Positions 40,518-50,371 of a DNA stretch of 64,000 bases are shown here, piece after piece; positions within the stretch are counted from its first letter, which is position 1, and the number at the start of each line of letters is the position of its first letter. A program made the position numbers and the translations under genes. The DNA lies in NCBI GenBank assembly GCA_965246885.1, contig OZ251992.1:288001-352000 (forward strand), given 5' to 3'. This stretch comes from Abditibacterium sp. Lineage in GTDB: Bacteria; Armatimonadota; Abditibacteriia; Abditibacteriales; Abditibacteriaceae. The notes beneath the pieces are model-generated. The model saw only the letters and a list, made by a program, of their open reading frames with translations, was not told the DNA's origin and made no database searches.

Positions 40518-41335
40518 ACCTCGGCGAACTTTCTTGGCGCGAAGCCGGACGGAACACCGGCAAGGTCGTCGTCGTGCCCCTTGCCGCCTGCGAGCAGCAC
40601 GGCCACCACCTGCCGCTCTTGACCGACGCCTTAATTGGCGAGGCCATCGTCCGGCGCGCCCAAGCCGAACTGGGCGACGAGGCGCTTTTTGCCCCCGTTT
40701 TGTGGCTGGGCCACTCGCCGCACCACTTGGCGTTCCCCGGCACGCTGTCCGTCTCAGGCGACACCTACGTCAAAGTCATTGAAGACCTCGCTGAGTCTCT
40801 TCTGCGCGGCGGTTTCGGGCGCATTTTGTTCTTCAACGCGCACGGCGGTAACGTCGCGCCCGCCAACCTCGCTTTGAGCAACGTCCAAATGCGCCACGCC
40901 CATGCGCGGCCCGACGCGTATCTGGCGTTTGCGTCGTGGTGGAGCCTCGCGGCGGGCGCCATTCGAGAGGAGATGCCCGAACTGAAGCAAAGCAAGATTT
41001 CCCACGCCTGCGAGTGGGAAACCAGCGTGTTGCTTCACACCCGCCCCGACCTCGTGGGGCAGGAGCGCCCCGCATCGCGCACGCTCCTCGAAGTGGAGGG
41101 GTACCCGTCGCGCTTCTGGGTGGCGGACTACTCCTCCATCAGCCCAGTTGACATCGCGCGCACCATTGACCAAAACTCCGCGTCGGGCGCTTTTGGCTGG
41201 CCCGAACTGGCGAGCGCCAACAAGGGCGAGGCCATCATCACCGTCGCCGCGCGCGAGTTAGCGGCCTTTGTGCGCGAGTTCGCGCGCTGGCCCGCGCATT
41301 TAAGCGCCGAGACCAAAGCAAACGAAGCTCGTTGA
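40514..41335 (+). CDS. Creatininase-family amidohydrolase
   Basis: EQHGHHLPLLTD, SPHH..FPGT, NAHGGN, HACEWETS. Confidence 0.9.
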   Translation: MNLGELSWREAGRNTGKVVVVPLAACEQHGHHLPLLTDALIGEAIVRRAQAELGDEALFAPVLWLGHSPHHLAFPGTLSVSGDTYVKVIEDLAESLLRGGFGRILFFNAHGGNVAPANLALSNVQMRHAHARPDAYLAFASWWSLAAGAIREEMPELKQSKISHACEWETSVLLHTRPDLVGQERPASRTLLEVEGYPSRFWVADYSSISPVDIARTIDQNSASGAFGWPELASANKGEAIITVAARELAAFVREFARWPAHLSAETKANEAR

Positions 41336-41378
41336 CGCGCCCGCCGGTTGGCGTCGCTTTCCGTCGGCGACTGCATGA

Positions 41379-41525
41379 GAGACGCCCCGCAACCGATGAC
41401 AGAGGGCGGCGAGCGATTCTCAGACGTCTGTCACTGCGCCACCGACGTCTGCCATTGAGTCCCAGACGTCTGTCACTCGTTCGCCGCCGTCTGTCACTGC
41501 GCCACAGACGCCTGTCGTTGCATCA
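41379..41525. repeat. Degenerate 21-bp tandem array (CAGACGTCTG family), about 7 units
   Basis: cagacgtctgtcactgcgcca/ccgacgtctgccattgagtcc/cagacgtctgtcactcgttcg/ccgccgtctgtcactgcgcca/... Confidence 0.85.
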
Positions 41526-41632
41526 CCGGCGCCGGGGGTTGCGCGAGGGTTATCATTCCGTCTTTCACCCGCTTGCCGCTCTTTTTGAGCGACTTTTTGG
41601 CTTAAACCGTCACATAGATTTGTTGGGGGAGG

Positions 41633-41643
41633 TGTGGTAAAAT
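41633..41643 (+). promoter_or_regulatory. Extended -10 promoter element TGTGGTAAAAT
   Basis: TGnTAAAAT in an AT-richer intergenic region upstream of DUF1559 #4. Confidence 0.5.
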
Positions 41644-41768
41644 AGCCGCGCCCCAATTCTTCTTCCTGTGGGGGTTTGACAACGGTTTTTTATTTTTATC
41701 CGGGAACAGTTGGGGGCGGATGACCACCCCCGAAACGGAGCGAGCGGCTTGAAGCGAGGCGCCTTATT

Positions 41769-42476
41769 ATGCACACCTTATTCTCAGCGCGCAAAGCGTT
41801 CACGCTGCAGGAGATTCTGATTGTCATCGCCATCATCGCCATTCTGGCGGCGCTGCTGTTCCCGGCTCTGTGGCGCTCCCGCGAAGGCGCGCGGCGCACC
41901 GCGTGCCAGTCGAACATGAAGCAGATCGGCCTCGCGCTCGTGCAATACGCCCGCGACTACGACGGCGTCAACCCGCCCCGCTATAGCGGCGCCACCCTCG
42001 AAGGCCCCGACAAAAACCCGCTCAACTGGCGCGTCATCCTTTTCCCCTACGTCAAAAGCGCCGGGGTGTATCAGTGCCCTTCCAACCCCGAAAACGGCGT
42101 GAGCGCCACCAACCTCACCACCGCCCCCGCCGGAACGCCCGACCTGCACGTCTCCTACGCTTGCAATTACAACTCCGGCACCGGCTTGGGCGTGTTCTCC
42201 GACGAAACCGGTACTTTCGACCGCACCACCGACGCCTCGTTCCAATACCCCGCCGAAACCATCGCCGTCGCGGAAACCACCTCGACCCGCCCCGACATAG
42301 ACATGGACGACATCGCCCTCTTCGGCAAGCTCTACGCCGGACACATGGACTTTACCAACTACCTGTTCACCGACGGCCACGTCAAAGCGCTGAGGCCCTT
42401 GCAAACCTACTTCGGCGCGAACGGCCAAATCGTCAACCTGTGGACGCGCGACCACTCCGAGTTTCTGCGCGAGTAG
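41769..42476 (+). CDS. DUF1559 prepilin-type / H-X9-DG protein #4 (divergent N-terminus)
   Basis: [14 protein letters not shown]...[32 protein letters not shown]. Confidence 0.9.
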   Translation: MHTLFSARKAFTLQEILIVIAIIAILAALLFPALWRSREGARRTACQSNMKQIGLALVQYARDYDGVNPPRYSGATLEGPDKNPLNWRVILFPYVKSAGVYQCPSNPENGVSATNLTTAPAGTPDLHVSYACNYNSGTGLGVFSDETGTFDRTTDASFQYPAETIAVAETTSTRPDIDMDDIALFGKLYAGHMDFTNYLFTDGHVKALRPLQTYFGANGQIVNLWTRDHSEFLRE

Positions 42477-42516
42477 ACGCCCCCTGCCCCGCTTGTTTTC
42501 CAACCGTTTCACTGCC

Positions 42517-45500
42517 ATGCATCCCTTTTCTTCTGGTGTCATCCGACGCATCGCGCTCCTCTTGGTTCTGCTGGGCGTGATGGGCGCGGGCCGCGCGGCG
42601 CACGCGGCGACTTTTGCGGTGTCCAACTTGAACGATAGCGGCGCCGGGTCGCTGCGCGCGGCCATCACGAGCGCCAACTCCACCGGGGGCGCGAACACCA
42701 TTTCCTTCAACCCCGGCGTGACCGGCACCCTCACGCTGACGAGCGGCGAGTTGGGAATCAGCTCGAACATCAACATTCAGGGGCCGGGCGCCAACGAGTT
42801 GGCGGTAAGCGGCAACAACGTCAGTCGCGTGTTCAACATTTCGAGCGGCACCGTCGCCTTGGACGGTTTGACCATTAGCAATGGGAAGTCAGGCAGTGGT
42901 GGCGGAATCTACAATTTTACGGGCGCAGTCACCCTTTCCAATTGTCAAGTTTCGGGGAACTCTGCTACTGCTGCTGGTGGGGGTATTTATGACTATTTTG
43001 GCAGCTTCAAGCTGATGAACTCCAGCGTGTCGGGTAATTCAGCAACGAACCAAGGCGGGGGTATCTACAGCCTTTATAACACGCTCACTTTGTTGAACTC
43101 CACCGTGTCGGGGAACTCAGCCAATTACGGCGGCGGCCTTTACAACAACTTCAGCACCGTCACCACAGGTAACAGCACAGTAGCCAACAACTCATCTATT
43201 ATAGGCGGTGGATTCTACAATCACTACGGCTCACTCTCTGTTAACAACACCTTGCTGGCCAAAGGCACTTCCGGGGAGAATCTTGCTGTGGATGGCACGA
43301 CTGTCACCTCCAACGGCTACAACCTGAGCGACGACGCGACCGGCCCCACGACGGGAACGGGCGACAGGGTGAACGTGTCGAATTTGAACTTGGGCGCGCT
43401 GGGCAGCAATGGTGGCCCGACGCAAACCTGCGCCCTTCTCGCGGGAAGCGCCGCCATCAATGCGGGCGATCCGTCCGTTACGAGTGGCACTGACCAACGG
43501 GGAACCGGCTTTGCGCGCGTTATCGGTGGGCGCATGGATGTCGGCGCGTTCGAGTTCCATCCCCCAATTACCCCGTCGCTCGTCGTGACGACCCTTGCCG
43601 ATGAAGACGACGGTAACAGCGACCCTTCTGCCGGAAGCGGCACTTCGCTGCGTGAAGCGCTCAACTTCGCGGCGACCCTTGCGGGCACCCCCACCGTCAC
43701 CTTTCAAAGCGGCTTAAGCGGCACCATCACCCTGACGCTCGGCGAGTTGCCTATTGGTTCCAACGTCATCGTTCAAGGGCCGGGCGCGGGCGCGCTTAGC
43801 GTCTCAGGCAACAACGCCAGCCGCGTGTTCAACATCGCGGCGGGCACCGTCACCATTGACGCTTTGACCATCGCTGGCGGCAACGCAACCATTGGCGGAG
43901 GCATCTACTCGGCGGGCACGCTCACGCTGACGAACTGCGCGCTTTCCAACAACACCGCAAGCGCGTCGGGCGCCATCGAGAACAGGGGCACCCTCACGCT
44001 GACGGACTGCACCCTCTCGAACAACAGCGGCGGCTATTACGCCGGAGCCATTCACAACGGCGGCACGGTGTCGCTCAACAGTTGCACCTTGAGCGGCAAC
44101 ACCGCGCCCGGTGCCGATGGCGGCGCTATAGTGAACGAGTCGGGGAACACCCTTATCCTCAATAATTGCACCCTGAACGGCAACTCCTCCGGGCGCTACG
44201 GCGGAGCCATCGCCAACGCTGGTGGCACCGTCAACCTTTACGGCAGCACCCTGAGCGGCAACTCTTCGGCTTACGGCGCGGGCATTTACAACAACTCTTC
44301 CGGCGCCATCAACCTGACCAACTGCACCTTGGCAAACAACGCGGCCACCACCAACGGTGGCGGCATCCGCAACCTGTCCGGCTCGGTCTACATGTCGAAC
44401 TGCACCCTTTCGGGCAACTCGGCGGCGGCTGGCGTTGGTGGCGGCATCGCCAACGCCGATGGCATAGGCTTTTTCAACACCATCCTCGCGGGCAACACCG
44501 CCGCGACCGACCCCGATTTGTCCAACTCCGGCTGGATGTATGGCGACTACGACCTCGTGCAAACCCCCGGCGCGGCCACTGTTCCCGGCACCCACTCCAT
44601 TACCGGCAAAGACCCCAAGCTCGGCCCCTTGGCCAGCAACGGCGGCCCCACGCAGACCTGCGCCCTGCTCGCCGGAAGCCCCGCCATCAACAAGGCCGAC
44701 TCGTCCAACTCGTCGTTCCTCACCTATGACCAACGCGGCGCAGGCTTTGCGCGCGTCGTGGGAGGGGCGGAAGACATCGGCGCCTTCGAGTCTCAAGCCG
44801 TGCCCATCGAGTCGCTCGTCGTCACCACCATCGCCGACGAAGACGACGGCACCAGCGACCCCTCGTATGGAACTGGCACCTCCTTGCGCGAAGCCGTCAA
44901 CTACGCAAACACCCTCGGTGGCCCCTCCACCATCACCTTCGCGCCGAGCGTGACCGGCACCATCAGCCTTTCCAGCACCATCCCGGTTTCCTCGTCCGTT
45001 TCCATCGTCGGGCCGGGCACGAGCGTGCTGGCCGTGAGCGCCGGCACATCGGGCTTTTCGATGTTTTCCATCAACGGCGTTTTCACGGTCAACATGAGCG
45101 GACTTACTCTATCTGGCGTCAGTGGCGCCTTCAATGGCGGTGCCATCTACAACAACACGGGCGCCCTGTCCCTCACGGATTGCGTTTTGTCGAACAATCA
45201 GGCCGCGCGCGGCGCGGGCATTTATACCAACTCCGGCAATTTGAGCCTCGTGGACTGCACCCTATCGGGCGACAGCGCCAGTGATGGCGGCGCCGTGTAT
45301 TCTCAAGCCAGTCAGGTCAGAGCATGGTATTGCACCTTTTCGGGCAACACTAACAACATCGAAAGCCAGAACTCGACTTTCTCCTTTGTCGACTCCACCT
45401 TCGCTGGCAATACCAGCACCGGTAGTAGCGCATTCTATAACGTCAACGGCACCGGCAACTTTTCGAGTTGCACCCTCACGGGCAACAGCACCTCATCGTC

Positions 45501-47526
45501 CACTGCGGGCGCGCTCCGCAATTATGGTGGCACCGTCAACGTCAATAACTCCATCGTCGTGGGCAACAGTGGCGGCGCGGGCGATGTCGTGGGCGTCATC
45601 ACCAGTGGCGGCTATAACCTCATCGGCACCGGCGACGTCAGCCAGTTCGCGGGCACGGGCGACCAAACCGGCGTCACGAGCGCCCAAGTCAAGCTCGACG
45701 CCTTGGCCAACAACGGTGGCCCAACGCAAACCTGCAAGCTGCTTTCCGGAAGCATCGCCATTGACGCGGGCGACCCTTCAGTTACCGGCGGCACCGACCA
45801 GCGCGGCGCGGGCTTTGCGCGCGTCAAGAACAGGGCGATGGACGTCGGCGCGTTTGAAGTGCAAGACACCGCGCCCGTCGCCACCGCGCAGAGCGTCACC
45901 GTCGCCGAAAATTCCTCCGTTGCCATCACCCTTGCGGGCACCGACCCACAAGGCGACCCGCTCACCTTTCGCATCGTGAGTGGCCCCGCCAACGGCGCGC
46001 TGTCGGGCACGGCTCCCGGCGTCACCTACACACCGGGCGCCAACTATAACGGCGCCGACTCATTCACCTTCGTGGTCAACAACGGCTACTACGATAGCGC
46101 GCCCGCGACGGTCTCCATCACCGTCACCGAGGTCAACCAAAAGCCCATCGCCAACGATGTTTCCAAAAGCACGGATGAGAACACCGCGCTTTCCTTTCCC
46201 ACCAGCGACTTAACCGCTACGCCCAACGCGCCGGGGCCACCCAACGAGTCGGGCCAGACCCTCATTGTGTCCATAACCTCCGGTTCTACCTCGCACGGAA
46301 CGGTGAACTTGGCGGGCGGCACCATCACCTACACGCCCAACACGAACTACGTCGGTTCCGACTCGTTCGCTTACACCCTCACCGACAACGGCACGACAAA
46401 CGGCGTGCCTGATCCTAAGTCCTCCAACGCCCAAGTGAACATCACTGTTAACCGCGTCAACCAGCCGCCGGTTATCGCGCCTATCGCTGACCAAACCGCT
46501 CTCGTCACCGTGCCCTTCACGTTCACCGCCACCGCCACCGACCCCGAAAACAACGCCCTGACGTGGAGCCTCGACACCTTCCCCACCGGCATGACCATCG
46601 GCGCTTCCACTGGCGTTATTTCCTGGACTCCCGCCGCAGTTGGCGTTTACACGGTCAAGGTGCGCGTCACCGACAACGGCACCCCCATCAACGCTTTCGC
46701 TACCACCAGCTTCCAAATCACCGTTGCCACCGGCGGCGGAAGCACCACCGGGGGAACAACGGGAAGCACCACCGGTTCGACCACTGGAGGGACAACGGGA
46801 GGAACCACCGGCTCGACCACTGGGAGCACGACGGGTTCGACTACCGGGAGCACGACTGGCTCGACTACGGGAAGTACCACTGGCTCGACTACCGGGAGCA
46901 CGACTGGCGGAACAACCGGCTCCACCACTGGTGGCACAACCGGCTCCACCACTGGTGGCACGACGGGCAGCACCACTGGAAGCACGACGGGTTCGACTAC
47001 AGGTAGCACAACCGGAGGCACCACTGGGGGAACAACGGGTTCCACCACCGGGAGTACGACGGGTGGAACCACCGGCTCCACCACTGGCGGAACCACCGGC
47101 TCCACCACTGGTGGCACGACGGGTGGAACCACCGGGGGCACGACGGGTGGAATCACCGGCTCGACTACTGGCTCCACGACGGGGAGCACTACCGGCTCCA
47201 CTACGGGTGGCACAACGGGAAGCACTACCGGCTCCACTACGGGTGGCACAACGGGAAGCACGACCGGTTCTACAACCGGCTCGACGACAGGCGGAACCAC
47301 CGGGGGAACAACGGGTGGTACAACTGGAAGCACCACCGGAGGCACGACCGGTTCCACTACGGGGGGCACGACCGGCAGTACGACCGGAAGTACCACCGGG
47401 GGCACGACGGGAAGCACCACCGGCGGGACAACAGGGAGCACGACGGGCGGGACAACGCACGCGCCGCATCCCGGTGTGGGCCTTAAAATTCTCAAGGAAG
47501 CGCAGCGAATGTACGCTTCCTCCTGA
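42517..47526 (+). CDS. Large secreted adhesin-like protein: beta-helix/CSLREA/choice-of-anchor-Q repeats, Ig-like domains, G(S/G)TT tail
   Basis: GSLRAAI/TSLREA, GGGIYN repeats, LGxLxxNGGPTQT, DQRG..DVGAFE x3, YTPGANYNGADSFTF, putative Ig. Confidence 0.85.
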   Translation: MHPFSSGVIRRIALLLVLLGVMGAGRAAHAATFAVSNLNDSGAGSLRAAITSANSTGGANTISFNPGVTGTLTLTSGELGISSNINIQGPGANELAVSGNNVSRVFNISSGTVALDGLTISNGKSGSGGGIYNFTGAVTLSNCQVSGNSATAAGGGIYDYFGSFKLMNSSVSGNSATNQGGGIYSLYNTLTLLNSTVSGNSANYGGGLYNNFSTVTTGNSTVANNSSIIGGGFYNHYGSLSVNNTLLAKGTSGENLAVDGTTVTSNGYNLSDDATGPTTGTGDRVNVSNLNLGALGSNGGPTQTCALLAGSAAINAGDPSVTSGTDQRGTGFARVIGGRMDVGAFEFHPPITPSLVVTTLADEDDGNSDPSAGSGTSLREALNFAATLAGTPTVTFQSGLSGTITLTLGELPIGSNVIVQGPGAGALSVSGNNASRVFNIAAGTVTIDALTIAGGNATIGGGIYSAGTLTLTNCALSNNTASASGAIENRGTLTLTDCTLSNNSGGYYAGAIHNGGTVSLNSCTLSGNTAPGADGGAIVNESGNTLILNNCTLNGNSSGRYGGAIANAGGTVNLYGSTLSGNSSAYGAGIYNNSSGAINLTNCTLANNAATTNGGGIRNLSGSVYMSNCTLSGNSAAAGVGGGIANADGIGFFNTILAGNTAATDPDLSNSGWMYGDYDLVQTPGAATVPGTHSITGKDPKLGPLASNGGPTQTCALLAGSPAINKADSSNSSFLTYDQRGAGFARVVGGAEDIGAFESQAVPIESLVVTTIADEDDGTSDPSYGTGTSLREAVNYANTLGGPSTITFAPSVTGTISLSSTIPVSSSVSIVGPGTSVLAVSAGTSGFSMFSINGVFTVNMSGLTLSGVSGAFNGGAIYNNTGALSLTDCVLSNNQAARGAGIYTNSGNLSLVDCTLSGDSASDGGAVYSQASQVRAWYCTFSGNTNNIESQNSTFSFVDSTFAGNTSTGSSAFYNVNGTGNFSSCTLTGNSTSSSTAGALRNYGGTVNVNNSIVVGNSGGAGDVVGVITSGGYNLIGTGDVSQFAGTGDQTGVTSAQVKLDALANNGGPTQTCKLLSGSIAIDAGDPSVTGGTDQRGAGFARVKNRAMDVGAFEVQDTAPVATAQSVTVAENSSVAITLAGTDPQGDPLTFRIVSGPANGALSGTAPGVTYTPGANYNGADSFTFVVNNGYYDSAPATVSITVTEVNQKPIANDVSKSTDENTALSFPTSDLTATPNAPGPPNESGQTLIVSITSGSTSHGTVNLAGGTITYTPNTNYVGSDSFAYTLTDNGTTNGVPDPKSSNAQVNITVNRVNQPPVIAPIADQTALVTVPFTFTATATDPENNALTWSLDTFPTGMTIGASTGVISWTPAAVGVYTVKVRVTDNGTPINAFATTSFQITVATGGGSTTGGTTGSTTGSTTGGTTGGTTGSTTGSTTGSTTGSTTGSTTGSTTGSTTGSTTGGTTGSTTGGTTGSTTGGTTGSTTGSTTGSTTGSTTGGTTGGTTGSTTGSTTGGTTGSTTGGTTGSTTGGTTGGTTGGTTGGITGSTTGSTTGSTTGSTTGGTTGSTTGSTTGGTTGSTTGSTTGSTTGGTTGGTTGGTTGSTTGGTTGSTTGGTTGSTTGSTTGGTTGSTTGGTTGSTTGGTTHAPHPGVGLKILKEAQRMYASS
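46738..47457 (+). repeat. 12-bp coding repeat, (G[S/G]TT) x about 60
   Basis: 720 nt of GSTT/GGTT tetrapeptides with mixed synonymous codons. Confidence 0.95.
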
Positions 47527-47550
47527 GCGGTTGCCGCGTCCTGCTGATCA

Positions 47551-49086
47551 ATGCCGACCGTTTCCCTTCGCTTCAACCCCGCGCAAATCTTTGGCATTGA
47601 CTTGCGCTCGCTCGCGCTGTTTCGCGTCTGCCTCGCGCTGGTGTTGCTGTTTGACCTGACGGTTCGCGCCTTGGATGCCGGGGCGTTCTACACCGACGCC
47701 GGGGTGTTGCCGCGCTCGGCGCAGATCGAAATCTATGCCGGCTTGCCCGCGCTCCTCAGCCTTCATTTGATGACTGGCACTTGGGGCGGGCAAATGGTGC
47801 TGTTTGCGTTGTCCTTCGCGGCGGCTCTGGCGCTACTGGCGGGATACCGCACCCGAACAGCCGTTTTGGTGTCTTGGGTGTTGCTCGTTTCGCTGCACAA
47901 TCGCAACCTGATGGTGCTCCAAGGCGGCGACGTGCTTTTGCGCTTGCTTTTGTTTTGGGGCCTATTCTTACCTCTGGGCGCCCGCGCTTCCTTAGACTCC
48001 TTACTCGCGTCGGGACGCGAGGCCGCCCCCAACGCGGGGTCGTCGCTCGTTTCCATCGCCACACTCGCCGCCCTGCTTCAAGTGTGTTTTGTCTACTGGT
48101 TCGCGTCGGCGATGAAGACCGATGCCTCTTGGCGCGTGGACGGAACGGCGCTGGGCTACGCGCTGTCCATTGACCAAATCTCCCGGCCCTTGGGCCACTT
48201 TCTGCTCGGCTTTCCCGGCCTGCTGCGCCCGCTCACGTTTGGCACGCTCGCCTTGGAGCGCTTCGGGCCGATGTTGGCTTTGCTCCCGTTCTGGCGGCTG
48301 CGCATGGCGATGGTCGTGGTTTTCATCGGCTTCCACTTAGTCATGGGGCTATGCCTCACGCTGGGCATTTTTACATGGATTGCGCCCGTCGCATGGCTCT
48401 TGTTCATTCCCGCGCCCGCGTGGGATTGGCTGGCGGGGCGACGCACTTCGCTCCGGCCCGCGCTGCAAAGCATGGTCGCGCGCGGGCAAAGCTCCGCCGA
48501 CCGAGCGCGCGCCCGACTCCTCGCCCAAAGTCAAGCGCTTGGCCTGCGCGCGCCCGCACCGCCCTCGCGCGGCAAGGGGTTGCTCACCGGGGGGAGTTGC
48601 GCGTTCTTCTTGCTGTACGTCTTCGCGTGGAATCTGCGCGTTTTGGACGTGGCGACGTATGGCCCGTTCTTTCCGCAAAGCTGGAACTGGATCGGCCATT
48701 CGCTCGGCCTCGACCAAGTGTGGGACATGTTCGCGCCTTTTCCCCTCAAGGATGACGGCTGGTTTGTCGCTCCCGCGCGCCTACGCGACGGCAGACAAGT
48801 CAACCTCTTGCGCGACGGCCAACCCGTGCGCTGGGACGAACCGGCTGACCTGCCCGCCACCTTCCGCGACCCCATCTGGCAAAAGTATCTGCTCAATTTG
48901 TGGTCGGCCTCCAACGCCGCGCACCGCGCCTACTTCGCCGCCTACTTGGTGCGCCGGTGGAACGACACCCACGACGCCAAAGAGCGCATCCAATCGCTGC
49001 AACTCATCTACATGCGGCAAAACACCCTCCCCAACTTCCGCAAAGACAAAGTTCAGCGCATCACCGTCTGGTCGCAAACTTTCTAA
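47551..49086 (+). CDS. HTTM-domain membrane protein
   Basis: DLRSLALFR, FYTDAGVLPR, SLHNRN...GGD, GLDQVWDMFAP. Confidence 0.85.
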   Translation: MPTVSLRFNPAQIFGIDLRSLALFRVCLALVLLFDLTVRALDAGAFYTDAGVLPRSAQIEIYAGLPALLSLHLMTGTWGGQMVLFALSFAAALALLAGYRTRTAVLVSWVLLVSLHNRNLMVLQGGDVLLRLLLFWGLFLPLGARASLDSLLASGREAAPNAGSSLVSIATLAALLQVCFVYWFASAMKTDASWRVDGTALGYALSIDQISRPLGHFLLGFPGLLRPLTFGTLALERFGPMLALLPFWRLRMAMVVVFIGFHLVMGLCLTLGIFTWIAPVAWLLFIPAPAWDWLAGRRTSLRPALQSMVARGQSSADRARARLLAQSQALGLRAPAPPSRGKGLLTGGSCAFFLLYVFAWNLRVLDVATYGPFFPQSWNWIGHSLGLDQVWDMFAPFPLKDDGWFVAPARLRDGRQVNLLRDGQPVRWDEPADLPATFRDPIWQKYLLNLWSASNAAHRAYFAAYLVRRWNDTHDAKERIQSLQLIYMRQNTLPNFRKDKVQRITVWSQTF

Positions 49087-49135
49087 GACCAACGCTCGCG
49101 CAAGCGAGAGGGCAGGCACGACCTGTTCAGCCTGT

Positions 49136-49225
49136 GCCACTGCGCGACAGAGCCGCGCCACTGCGCGACAGAGCCGCGCCACTGCGCGACAGAGCCGCGC
49201 CACTGCGCGACAGAGCCGCGCCACT
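49136..49225. repeat. Perfect 21-bp tandem repeat GCCACTGCGCGACAGAGCCGC x4.3
   Basis: Four exact copies; resembles the cactgcgccacagac units at 41.5 kb. Confidence 0.97.
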
Positions 49226-49317
49226 CGGCGGTGAGGCGATGGCAGAAGGAGAAAGAAGCCATACACTGAACGCGAAGGCTCCGCTTTCCTTTCTTTCTTC
49301 ATTTGAAACCATCCGCC

Positions 49318-50355
49318 ATGACGACCGCATCCCATTTTTCCAACGGCGCTGAGGGTATAGACCCGCGCGCGGTTCCGTTTCGCTCGCTCGCATCGGGCGC
49401 GCGCATCCCCGCGATTGGGCTGGGCACTTTCGGCTCGGACTCCGTGACGGGCGAGCAAATCGCCGCCGCCGTCGGGGAAGCGGCACGCGTCGGGTATCGG
49501 CACTTCGACTGCGCGAGCGTGTATGGCAACGAGCACTTGATTGGCGCCGCGCTGCGCGAGATAATGGCGGGCGGCGTCGCGCGGGAAGAGTTGTGGATCA
49601 ACTCGAAGTTGTGGAACGACAAGCATGGCGAAGCCGATGTCGTGCCGTCCTGCGAGCAGTCGCTCGCGGACTTGGAGCTGGAATATCTCGACCTTTACTT
49701 TGTGCATTGGCCCTTCCCACACTTCCACGCGCGCGGGGTGGACGTCTCGTCGCGCGACTCGCACGCGCGGCCTTACAATCACGAGGCGTTTATGAAGACG
49801 TGGCGGCAAATGGAGCGCTTGGTGGACATGGGGCTGGTGCGGCACATCGGCACCTCGAACATGACGCGGCCCAAGCTGGAACTGCTGCTGCGCGATTGCC
49901 GTGTTCGTCCGGCGTGCAACGAGATGGAACTGCATCCGCACTTCCAGCAGACGGCATTCTTCGAGTGGGTGCAAGCGCAGGGTATCGTGCCCATTGGCTA
50001 CAGTCCCATCGGTAGCCCCGCGCGGCCCGACCGCGACCGCACGGACGCAGACACCGTAGACATCGAAGACCCGGTCATCGTCGAGATAGCGCGCGCGCAC
50101 GATTTGCATCCGGCCAGTTTGTGCGTGAAGTGGGGCCAGCAACGCGGGCAGATTCCCATCCCCTTCTCAACCAACCCCCGGAACATCCTCGCCAACCTGC
50201 GTGCCGTCGCGGGCGCGCCCCTGTCCGACGAGGAGATGCTTCGCCTCGCCGTGATAGACCGCAACTGCCGCCTGATAAAAGGGCAGGTCTTTTTGTGGGA
50301 AGGCAGCCGGGGTTGGGAAGACCTCTGGGACGAGGATGGGGTCATCACGGCTTAA
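49318..50355 (+). CDS. Aldo/keto reductase
   Basis: IGLGTF, GYRHFDCASVYGNE, SKLWN, YLDLYFVHWP, IGTSN. Confidence 0.92.
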   Translation: MTTASHFSNGAEGIDPRAVPFRSLASGARIPAIGLGTFGSDSVTGEQIAAAVGEAARVGYRHFDCASVYGNEHLIGAALREIMAGGVAREELWINSKLWNDKHGEADVVPSCEQSLADLELEYLDLYFVHWPFPHFHARGVDVSSRDSHARPYNHEAFMKTWRQMERLVDMGLVRHIGTSNMTRPKLELLLRDCRVRPACNEMELHPHFQQTAFFEWVQAQGIVPIGYSPIGSPARPDRDRTDADTVDIEDPVIVEIARAHDLHPASLCVKWGQQRGQIPIPFSTNPRNILANLRAVAGAPLSDEEMLRLAVIDRNCRLIKGQVFLWEGSRGWEDLWDEDGVITA

Positions 50356-50371
50356 ACTGCACCCCATCGCC

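Noticed and set aside
41332..41640. Arg-rich 102-aa ORF (RRLSLRH repeats)
   Set aside because: It is a translation of the 21-bp array, with a TTG start and no support as a real gene.
41645..41768. Riboswitch in the leader of DUF1559 #4
   Set aside because: Small hairpins are present, but I recognise no known riboswitch consensus; an Rfam scan would be needed.
46282..46291. Reverse-complement match to the FadR operator core (GGTTCTACCT)
   Set aside because: Deep inside a CDS with no adjacent promoter; probably chance.
46210..47659. Repetitive alternative-frame ORFs (PVVE/PVVL etc.)
   Set aside because: Shadows of the G(S/G)TT repeat; synonymous variation is consistent only with the GSTT frame.
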